Shown in pieces: positions 55,662 through 64,000 of a stretch of 64,000 bases of DNA. How positions within the stretch are numbered: position 1 is the stretch's first letter; each line of letters begins with the position of its first letter. The translations under genes and the position numbers were made by a program. The notes under the pieces were generated by a model that saw only the letters and a list, made by a program, of their open reading frames with translations, was not told the origin of the DNA and ran no database searches. Source of the DNA: an uncultured delta proteobacterium (GTDB lineage Bacteria; Myxococcota; Myxococcia; Myxococcales; Anaeromyxobacteraceae); assembly GCA_963766715.1 (NCBI GenBank), contig CAVYBH010000009.1, positions 36,080-100,079 on the forward strand. The letters are read 5' to 3'.

Positions 55662-55915
55662 GATGCACCTCCAGTCGTCCGTTGCAGACCGTCCCGGTCC
55701 CTCCAGCCTGCCACCAAGTTACGCCTCCGCCGGGCGTCCACAAGGCCCCCCACGGACCGTCGGTCACCCTCCCCCACGGACCGCCCCGGCGGACGACTCT
55801 CCCGGTGTACCCTCCCGATACCGCTCGGCCGCCCCTGCCTCCCTTCCTCGGAGGCCTCGGCTGCCTCGGCATTGTGGAAGACATCCGTCCCGATTAGGCC
55901 CAGCCGCGAGCCCCC

Positions 55916-56902
55916 ATGCGCCTCGCCACCCTCCGTGACGGCACCCGCGACGGCCGCCTCTCCCTCGTGCGCACCGACGGCACCCGGTACGCCGACGCCT
56001 CCCACATCGCCCGGAACCTCCAGGCCGCGCTCGACGACTGGGACTCGATCGAGCCCCAGCTGCGCGAGCTGGACCTGGACCTCGAGAACGGCCGCATCGT
56101 CACCGCGCCGCTCGTCCTCCACCACTTCCAGGCGCCGCTTCCCCGGGCCTACGAGTGGATCGACGGCTCGTCCTACCTGAACCACGTGAAGCTGGTCCGC
56201 AAGGCGCGCGGCGCCGACCTGCCGCCCTCGCTCGAGACCGACCCGCTCGTCTACCAGGGAGGCAGCGGCGTCATGCTCGGCCCCGCCGACGACATCCTGC
56301 TCCCCGACCCGCTCATGGGGCTCGACTTCGAGGGAGAGCTGGCCGTCATCCTGGGCGACGTCCCCATGGGGACGCGCGCCGAGGACGCGGAGCCCCACAT
56401 CCGGCTCGTCGCCCTCGCCAACGACGTGACGCTCCGCAACCTGGTCAGCGCCGAGCTGGCGAAGGGCTTCGGGTTCTTCCAGTCGAAGCCGGCCACCGCC
56501 TTCGCGCCCTTCGTCGTCACCCCCGACGAGCTGGGAGGCGCCTGGCACGACGGCCGCGCCTGGCTGCAGTTCAAGGTCTGGATGAACGGCCGGCTGGTCG
56601 GCGACCTCGAGACCGGCGCCGAGATGCACTTCTCGTTCGCCCAGCTGCTCGAGCACGTGGCCCACACCCGCGCCTTCGTCTCCGGCACGATCCTGGGCAG
56701 CGGCACGGTCTCCAACGCCGACACCAAGCGCGGCATCTCCTGCCTCGCCGAGCGCCGCATGCTGGAGATCCTGTCGTCACAGGACCGGCAGGCCAAGACC
56801 CCGTTCCTTCGCGCCGGCGACAAGGTGGCGATGGAGGCGTTCGACGCGCAGGGGCGCAGCGTCTTCGGCCGGCTGGAGCAGAAGGTCGTCCCGGCGGGCT
56901 GA
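55916..56902 (+). CDS. Fumarylacetoacetate hydrolase family protein
   Basis: APLPRAYEWIDGS, YQGGS, DFEGEL, NDVTLRN, FQSKP, GSGTVSN. Confidence 0.9.
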   Translation: MRLATLRDGTRDGRLSLVRTDGTRYADASHIARNLQAALDDWDSIEPQLRELDLDLENGRIVTAPLVLHHFQAPLPRAYEWIDGSSYLNHVKLVRKARGADLPPSLETDPLVYQGGSGVMLGPADDILLPDPLMGLDFEGELAVILGDVPMGTRAEDAEPHIRLVALANDVTLRNLVSAELAKGFGFFQSKPATAFAPFVVTPDELGGAWHDGRAWLQFKVWMNGRLVGDLETGAEMHFSFAQLLEHVAHTRAFVSGTILGSGTVSNADTKRGISCLAERRMLEILSSQDRQAKTPFLRAGDKVAMEAFDAQGRSVFGRLEQKVVPAG

Positions 56903-56938
56903 TCGCCGCGACGGACACCCGGACCCGACCCGCCGCGC

Positions 56939-58577
56939 CTACGCGGCCATCTTCCCCTCCTCTCCCAGCTCCCACACGAGCCCGTGGGGCGCCGTTCCGT
57001 GCACCCGGACCCAGCCCGCGTGCACGCCGTGGAGGTGGTGCGCGGCGCAGAGGGCCACGAGGTTCGAGGCGTCGTCGCTCCCGCCGCGCGACCGGAAGAC
57101 GACGTGGTGGGCATGCACCGCCGCCCGGCTGCACCCGGGCACCTGGCAGTAGCCGAGATCGCGCTCGATGGCGCGCCGCTCCGGCGTGGTCCGGCGCTCG
57201 AGCAGCACCTCCCACGTCCGCACGAAGTGATCGGCGAGCGCGAAGAGGCACTCGTCGGGGGACAGCCACCGCCCCGCGGCCTTCCGGGCCGCCGCGAAGG
57301 CCTCCTCGGCCAGGAAGGCGACCGCCGCCGGCACCCGGACGGACACGCAGCCCTCGGCACACGTCTGCCTCAGCTCGTGGGCCTCGGCCTCCCGGCGCAG
57401 CGCGATGCAGGTCAGGCTCGCGGCGCGCTCGATCCACTCGCCCGCCGTGTCCTCGCCGGCCACACCCGCCACGATGCGCGCCTTCTCGTAGCTCACCCGC
57501 CCGTCGCGCATGGCCTGTCGCAGGTCGGGCAGCTCGTGGAGCCGCCGCTCCAGCCAGGCCCGCTGCTCGACCGTCCGGCCCGCCAGCCCCAGCCGCTCGG
57601 CGGAGTAGTGATCGAACGAGGCGAACCCCATCTCCCGCCAGAGGGAGAGGTGGCGAACCAGGAGCGCCAGGTGCCCGACGAGCTCGTCCCACCCGTCTCG
57701 CATCCGGGCGAGCTCGCGCAGCGCGGCCTCGATGCTGGCGCGGGTCGCCGGACTCGAGGGACTCGCCCGATCCGGCCACCTCGGGGACCTCGACCGGCGG
57801 CACCGCCTCGAGCGCCTCCCAGCGCCCCGTCTCCTCCTCGAGCACCCGCTTCAGCTCGGCGAGGGTGGGATCGTCGCGCACCGGCTCCGCCTCGCCCGGC
57901 CCCTCGTGCGCCCCCAGGTACTCCTGGCAGATGGCCTCGAGCCGCTCCCAGCGCTGGGAGGTTGGCCCGAGCACCTGTCCCGCCATCGACATGGCTTCCT
58001 CGAAGCGCTCGCGGGTCGCCGGGGACGCGTCGACGAGGACCCGGTCCCACCATTCGTCGTCGGCTGCTCCGGCTCCTGCGGCGCCGCCGCCCCTCGCGCC
58101 CCCCTGGGCATCGGCCCGCACCCCTGCCTGGAGCTCCCGCACCGTCATTCGCCGGGCCCGCTCGACCCAGCCACCCTCGGCCTCTCCGACCGCCACAGCC
58201 AGCACGACCTCGGCCTTTCGCGTGCTCACCTGGCCGCCGCGGACGGCCGCAGCGAGGAGCGGCCTCGACCGAAGCTCGCGGGCCAGCCGCGCCATGCCCA
58301 GCGCGGTGCGGCCGGACAGGCCCAGGACCTCCCGGGCGTGGTCGGCGAGCCCGGAGTAGCCCAGACGCAGCACCCGGTCGCCCACGCCGAGATCGCAGAG
58401 CCGGTCGCCGATGGCGACGTCGAGGGCGCCCCGGCCGCGCGCCACCCGGGCGAGCAGGCCGTCGACGAGCAGGGCGCACTCCCCGCGGTCGAGCCCGCGC
58501 CGGGACTCGGGAACCTCGAGCTCCCAGGCGCGCGCCGCCAGGTCCTCGAGCATCACGTGGAGTGAAGTACTGTCCAT
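56939..58577 (-). mobile_element. DUF222/13E12-like protein with C-terminal HNH endonuclease (frameshift near 57740)
   Basis: Two similar helical units (LGYSGLADHAREVLGLSGR / MGFASFDHYSAERLGLAGR; GQVSTRKA / GRVSYEKA), then RDLGYCQVPGC...HAHHVVFRSRGG...NLVALCAAHH...H. Confidence 0.85.
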
Positions 58578-58985
58578 GCGTTCAGATGGTCGCACGGAGG
58601 TCTGACAGGGCGAGGGCGGCCGCCGCGCCAGTGCAAACTCGTCGAGCGCTGGAACCGTCGACCGACTACCCGACGTGCAGGATGCGAGGCTTCGGCGGCC
58701 CGTCGCTGCGGACTTCGCGGTCGTCGCCCACGGGAGTGCGTACCGATCCGGCCGCTGCTTTTGCCTTCGGGACCGCCAGAGCCTCACGTCGACGACGAGG
58801 GCCCCGATCAGCAGAGCGACGGACATCGCGACGTTCGCGAGGTACTCGTGTTCGCTCATGACCCCTCCGCGGCGGGCCTGCAGATATCGCCTACACGACA
58901 CTACACACCCAAGCGATGCGGGAGGATAGCCCCACCCCCCAAGGGAGGCAGGGCGACTCCGGGTCGAGCTTCGCTCAGCAGTCGG

Positions 58986-59180
58986 TCAGGAGCACTTCTG
59001 CATGGACCGGCGCTCGCCCCGCGGCTCCTGGACGACCCGGAGCGAGTTCGAGCGGCGCGGCGACGACTGCTTTTGCCCATTGTCCTTCGCCATCTGCCGT
59101 CGTCCCTGCATCCAGCCGAGGAGTGCTCCGGCCATCAGGCCGGCGAACCAGAAGACTGCGCAGTGGGCGAGCGGACTCAT
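58986..59180 (-). CDS. Small hypothetical membrane protein
   Basis: MSPLAHCAVFWFAGLMAGALLGW hydrophobic helix; AAGAGG SD-like; atypical codon use. Confidence 0.35.
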   Translation of the reverse strand: MSPLAHCAVFWFAGLMAGALLGWMQGRRQMAKDNGQKQSSPRRSNSLRVVQEPRGERRSMQKCS

Positions 59181-59433
59181 GTGGGCAAGCCTCTTCTTGG
59201 CGGCGCGGTCGGCGGGATGCGACGTTTCGTTCCAGCGGAAAGGGGTGACCTTCGCAGGAATCGTGCCCGGATCCAAGTCCCGGCCCCGCGCCTAATGCCT
59301 CGTGAACAGGGGAGATTTCCGAGAAGGCCCCGATCGGGATCCGGCAGGTCCTTCCGCACCCAGGGTTTCCTGTCCACCGCCTGCCGAACCCCTGGGGGCT
59401 GTATTCCCTCGCTCGCCCGGTTAGGTCACGAAC

Positions 59434-60098
59434 GTGACCCTGACCCTCCATTCCTACTGGCGATCCTCGTCCTCCTGGCGCGTCCGCATCGGGCTTCACT
59501 GGAAGGGGCTGCCCTTCACGTACCGTGCGGTCGAACCTGCAGGCCGGAGCCCAGTTCGGCGCCGAGCACGCGGCGCGAAACCCCATGTCGATGGTGCCGG
59601 TGCTCGAGGTGGAGGACGAGCGGCGTCACGCTGCGGCTCGCGCAGTCGATGGCCATCCTCGAATGGCTCGAGGAGCGCTACCCCGCCCGGCCGCTCCTCC
59701 CCCGCGACCCCGCTGGCCGGGCCCGCGTCCGGCGCCTGGCCGAGGACGTGAACTCGTCCATCCAGCCCTTCCAGAACGCCTCGACCATGAAGTGGCTGCG
59801 CGAGCGCCACCCCGGCGACGACCTGGCCTTCACCCAGCACTTCCTGTCCCGCGGCCTGACCGCCCTGGAGAGGGAGGTGAAGGACGGCGCCGGGACCTTC
59901 TGCCACGGCGACGCGGTGACGCTCGCCGACGTGTACGTCGTTCCCCAGCTCTACGGCGCCCGCCGCTTCGGCGTCGACCTCTCCGGCTTCCCCACGCTGC
60001 TCCGCATCGAGGCCGCCTGCGCCCCGCTCCCCGCGTTCGCGAAGAGCGAACCCGACGTGCAGCCCGACGCGCCCCCGCCCGCCAGGAGGTCCCCGTGA
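59434..60098 (+). CDS. maiA: Maleylacetoacetate isomerase (GST zeta), frameshifted
   Basis: [55 protein letters not shown]. Confidence 0.92.
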
Positions 60099-61261
60099 AG
60101 ATCGAGCCCATCGGCATCCGCCGCCTCGAGGCGATCCACTACTACGTCCACGACCTCGACCGGTCCCGGCGCTTCTACACGCGGATGATGGACTTCGCCG
60201 AGACCGCGATCTCCTCCCCGGAGCTCGACGCGGCCTTCCACCAGCGCATGGCGCTGTTCGAGGCGGGCGACGTGAAGGTGTTCGTCAGCGAGCCGCTCGG
60301 CACCGGCACGAGCGACGCGGGGCTCTTCCTCCGCAAGCACCCCGACGGCGTGGGGCAGCTGATCTTCGACGTCGAGGACATCGACCGGACCTTCCGGCTC
60401 GTCGAGGAGCGGGGCGGCACGCCCACCACCGACGTGATGACGCGTGAAGGAGGGCGGCGGCACGTTCCGGAGCTTCGGCATCACCACGCCCTTCGGCGAC
60501 ACCGAGTTCCGCTTCGTGGAGCGGCGCGACTATCCGGCCGGGTTCCCCTACCTCGTCCGCCACCCCGAGCCCCGCGGCGGCGCGAACCGCTTCGGCTTCG
60601 GGCACATGGACCACGTCACCTCCAACTTCCTCACCATGAAGCCGGCGCTCCTCTGGATGGAGCACGTGCTCGGCTTCGAGGAGTTCTGGGAGGTGCAGTT
60701 CCACACCGCCGACGTGACCCGCCAGCGGGACGCCGCCATGAAGGCCCACGGCTCCGGGCTGCGCTCGGTGGTGATGCGCGATCCCCACTCCGGCGTGAAG
60801 TTCGCGAACAACGAGCCCTGGCGCCCCGACTTCCAGGCCTCGCAGATCCAGCTCTTCCACGAGGACCAGCGCGGGGACGGGGTCCAGCACGTGGCACTCA
60901 CCGTGAAGGACATGCTGGGCGCGGTGAAGGGGCTGCGCGAGCGCGGCGTGGAGTTCATGCCCACCCCCGGCAGCTACTACGACATGCTGCCCGACCGGCT
61001 CACCCGCATCGGGGTCGAGAAGATCGAGGAGGCCATCCCGGCGCTGCGCGAGCTGGCATCCTGGTGGACGGCGGCGCGCGCGGCTCGTACATGCTGCAGA
61101 TCTTCCTCAAGGACTCGGCCGGGCTCTACCGGGAGCCCGCGGCGGGCCCGTTCTTCTACGAGATCATCCAGCGCAAGGGCGACGAGGGGTTCGGCGCCGG
61201 CAACTTCCGCGCGCTCTTCGAGAGCATCGAGCGGGAGCAGCAGAAGGAAGGGCGGGCGTGA
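60095..61261 (+). CDS. hppD: 4-hydroxyphenylpyruvate dioxygenase (frameshifts near 60440 and 61055)
   Basis: [55 protein letters not shown]. Confidence 0.93.
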   Translation: MKIEPIGIRRLEAIHYYVHDLDRSRRFYTRMMDFAETAISSPELDAAFHQRMALFEAGDVKVFVSEPLGTGTSDAGLFLRKHPDGVGQLIFDVEDIDRTFRLVEERGGTPTTDVMTREGGRRHVPELRHHHALRRHRVPLRGAARLSGRVPLPRPPPRAPRRREPLRLRAHGPRHLQLPHHEAGAPLDGARARLRGVLGGAVPHRRRDPPAGRRHEGPRLRAALGGDARSPLRREVREQRALAPRLPGLADPALPRGPARGRGPARGTHREGHAGRGEGAARARRGVHAHPRQLLRHAARPAHPHRGREDRGGHPGAARAGILVDGGARGSYMLQIFLKDSAGLYREPAAGPFFYEIIQRKGDEGFGAGNFRALFESIEREQQKEGRA

Positions 61262-62421
61262 TCGACCGGATGCAGCTGGGCGAGGTGCCGGGCAAGCACC
61301 ACGCGGCGTCCCGCGGCCCGGACGGCCGGCTGCGCTGGGAGGAGTGCCTGACCCGGCAGGGCTTCGACGGCCCGTACACCATCCTCTACCACCAGGAGCG
61401 CCCGCACGAGCAGGTGGCCGCCGACATTCACCACGGGTGGACGGTGCCCGGCTCGGCCCCGCCGGCGCCCCCCGCGCTCCGCAAGCGCCACTTCCGGACC
61501 GGCGAGCTGGCCGCCCGCGGACAGCCCGCCGTCGACGCGCGGATGCCGCTGCTCTGGAACGACGACGTGGTGATCTCGCTCGTCACGCCCGGCGCCGAGG
61601 ACCCCGTCTACCTCTCGAACGGGGACGGCGACGACCTCTACTTCGTGGCCGAGGGGGGCGGGCTGCTCCGCACCGCGCTCGGCGACGTGCCCTTCGGTCC
61701 GGAGGACTACCTGTACGTGCCGAAGGGGCTCGTGCACCGCTTCCTCCCCGGCGCCGGCCCGCAGCGCTGGCTCTCCATCGAGGCGCTCGGCGGCCTCGCC
61801 CTCCCCCGGCAGTTCCGCAACGACGCGGGGCAGCTCCGCATGGACGCGCCGTTCAACCACCGGGACTTCCGCCGGCCCGCCTTCCGCGGCCCGCTCGACG
61901 AGGGGATCCGCGAGCTGCTCGTGAAGCGCGGCGGCGCCTTCCACGGCTTCCGGCAGCCCACCTCCCCGCTCGACGTGACCGGCTGGGACGGGGCGGTCTG
62001 GCCCTTCGCGCTCCCCATCCTGGCCTTCCAGCCTCGCGTCGGGCAGTTCCACCTGCCCCCCACGGTGCACGGCACCTTCGCCGCGCGCGGGGCGCTCGTG
62101 TGCAGCTTCGTCCCCCGCCCCCTCGACTTCGGCGAGGACGCCATCCCCTGCCCGTACCCGCACTCGAGCGTGGACGTGGACGAGGTGCTCTTCTACCAGC
62201 GGGGCGAGTTCACCTCGCGTCGCGGAGTGGGTCCGGGGAGCATCTCCTTCCACCCCGCCGGCATCCCGCACGGCCCGCACCCCGGCGCCTACGAGAAGAG
62301 CATCGGCGCGAAGGCGACGAACGAGCTGGCGGTGATGCTGGATTGCTTCGGCGCGCTCCGGATGACGGAGGCGGCGCGGGGGATCGAGGACGCGGGGTAC
62401 GAGGCGAGCTTCGGGGGGTAG
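61258..62421 (+). CDS. hmgA: Homogentisate 1,2-dioxygenase
   Basis: [48 protein letters not shown]. Confidence 0.92.
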   Translation: MIDRMQLGEVPGKHHAASRGPDGRLRWEECLTRQGFDGPYTILYHQERPHEQVAADIHHGWTVPGSAPPAPPALRKRHFRTGELAARGQPAVDARMPLLWNDDVVISLVTPGAEDPVYLSNGDGDDLYFVAEGGGLLRTALGDVPFGPEDYLYVPKGLVHRFLPGAGPQRWLSIEALGGLALPRQFRNDAGQLRMDAPFNHRDFRRPAFRGPLDEGIRELLVKRGGAFHGFRQPTSPLDVTGWDGAVWPFALPILAFQPRVGQFHLPPTVHGTFAARGALVCSFVPRPLDFGEDAIPCPYPHSSVDVDEVLFYQRGEFTSRRGVGPGSISFHPAGIPHGPHPGAYEKSIGAKATNELAVMLDCFGALRMTEAARGIEDAGYEASFGG

Positions 62422-62430
62422 GCGCTCGCG

Positions 62431-63927
62431 CTACCTCTTGAACGGCAGCAGCTTGCGGCTTTCGGTGGTCTCGACACCGCCGTTCGCCGCGTATCGCGCC
62501 CCGATCCGCTCCACCGCCGCGTGCACGTGCTCGCAGAGGAGCTCGACCGAGATCTCGGTGTCCCGGTCGATCGTGCGCCGGCCGTCGGTGAACCCCAGCT
62601 CGAGCCGCCCGTCGTCGGGGCGCTCGCCGAGCAGGCTGAAGCGGGCCCGGACCATCTCGGACGGCGCCTCGTCGAATCCCCAGGAGAACTCGGTGCGCGT
62701 GGCGGAGCCGTTGCGCACCACGACGACGAGCGACGCACAGGTGGCCTGGAGCTGCGGCACCGTGTCCCGGACGACCCCCCAGACGGCGTCGACGTGCTCG
62801 GTCCGGCGAAGCCTGTCGCCGGCCTCCCGGACGGCGGTCCGCATGGCCAGGTTGTTCTTGCGGTCCGCGAGAAGCTGCCGCCCCTGATCGAAGCGGACGT
62901 AGCCCGCCGCGAGGAGCAGCATGAACGCGATGGCGCCGAGGGCGCCGCCGTAGGCGAGGGTCTGCGCGGCATCGGAGTTGAAGAGCCCCACCGCCACCCC
63001 GGCGAGCACGATGGCGATGCCGTAGAGGGCGAGCACGGTGGCCCGGTGGGAGAGGCCGCGGGCCATGAGCCGGTGGTGGATGTGCCCTCGATCGGACGAG
63101 AACACCGGCTGGCCTCGAACGGCCCGCCGCGTCATGGCGAGGAGCGTGTCGCCGATGGGGAGGCCGAGCGCCACGATGGGGACGAGGAGGGCCACGGCCG
63201 TGGTGGACTTCTCGTGGGTCTCGAGCGCGGTGCTGGCCAGCACGAAGCCCACGAAGAGGCTGCCGGCGTCCCCCATGAAGATCGAGGCCGGGTGGAAGTT
63301 GTAGCGGAGGAACCCCAGGAGCCCTCCCGCCAGGCACGCCATGAAGAGCGTCATGAGCGCGCGGTGGTTCGAGAAGCTGATCCAGAAGATGGCGCTCGCG
63401 GCGGCGAGCGCGACCCCGGCGGCGAGGCCGTCGAGGCCGTCGATGAGGTTCAGGGCGTTCGTGATGCCCACGATCCACAGCACGGTGACGGGAAGGCCGA
63501 GGAGCCCCAGATCCAGCGTGCCGAACGGGGTCGCGATGGTGTCGGCCCGGAAGTCGGCCCACCACATGAGCACGGCGATCAGGACCTGGACCACGAACTT
63601 GAGACGGGCGCCGGAGCCCTTCAGGTCGTCGAAGATCCCGAGCGCGGCCATGGCGAGGCCGCCCAGGATGAGCGCCAGGGCCCGCTGGGGCTGGCTCCAG
63701 AAGAGCCGCCCCACCCCGGTGTCGAAGAAGAAGAGCGCGACCAGCGGGACGTAGAAGGCCACGACGATGGCGACGCCGCCGAGCCGGGGAATGGGCTTGC
63801 CGTGGATCTTGCGGGAGGTGAGCGCGTGGTCGAGCGCGCCGAAGCGGATGGCCGCCGCCCGGACGAGCGGGGTCAGGAGGAGCGCTACCGCCAGTGAGAT
63901 CAGGAATGCGACGACGACCGTGTTCAA
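62431..63927 (-). CDS. WecA/TagO/MraY family polyprenyl-phosphate GlcNAc-1-phosphate transferase with C-terminal extension (start could be 63969)
   Basis: RKIHGKPIPRLGG, GIFDD, NALNLIDGLDGLA, IFMGDAGS, DRGHIHHRL. Confidence 0.9.
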   Translation of the reverse strand: MNTVVVAFLISLAVALLLTPLVRAAAIRFGALDHALTSRKIHGKPIPRLGGVAIVVAFYVPLVALFFFDTGVGRLFWSQPQRALALILGGLAMAALGIFDDLKGSGARLKFVVQVLIAVLMWWADFRADTIATPFGTLDLGLLGLPVTVLWIVGITNALNLIDGLDGLAAGVALAAASAIFWISFSNHRALMTLFMACLAGGLLGFLRYNFHPASIFMGDAGSLFVGFVLASTALETHEKSTTAVALLVPIVALGLPIGDTLLAMTRRAVRGQPVFSSDRGHIHHRLMARGLSHRATVLALYGIAIVLAGVAVGLFNSDAAQTLAYGGALGAIAFMLLLAAGYVRFDQGRQLLADRKNNLAMRTAVREAGDRLRRTEHVDAVWGVVRDTVPQLQATCASLVVVVRNGSATRTEFSWGFDEAPSEMVRARFSLLGERPDDGRLELGFTDGRRTIDRDTEISVELLCEHVHAAVERIGARYAANGGVETTESRKLLPFKR

Positions 63928-64000
63928 GACCCTGGCGACCTCTCCCCCCGGAGATGAAAGAAAGCGCACTATCGCACGGGCGCGGACACGAGCCAGTTCC

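Noticed and set aside
55747..55783. CCCCCACGGACCG direct repeat (two copies, 24 bp apart) in a divergent intergenic region
   Set aside because: Only two low-complexity copies; could be an operator, but there is no supporting evidence.

Overview
A very GC-rich chromosomal window. Gene content (MXAN_5187-type protein, PilT, porin plus multiheme cytochrome, myxobacterial SspB, Anaeromyxobacter-type HNH element) points to an Anaeromyxobacter-like Myxococcota. Many conserved genes carry single-base frameshifts, most likely uncorrected assembly indels, so I rebuilt genes across frames. Main contents: PBP1A, S46 peptidase, nadA, tig-clpP-clpX and lon, six tRNAs, a selenocysteine-containing selD, amidase-rph-rdgB, pilT-recX-bamD, rplM-rpsI, a UvrD/Rep helicase, a ceramide-synthesis-like cluster, a porin plus 12-heme cytochrome, an ldcA-serine hydrolase-mpl operon, acs, two FKBPs, a tyrosine catabolism cluster split by an HNH element, and wecA. 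The most striking signal is a lone RAYT-like HUH tyrosine transposase (29144-29813) inside a ~10.7 kb zone (25232-35933). In that zone I counted by eye 18 exact copies of the quasi-palindromic 10-mer GTCCGGCACC, against one in the other ~53 kb. Most copies lie inside housekeeping coding sequences, on both strands and in different reading frames, and codon bias looks eroded over the same zone.
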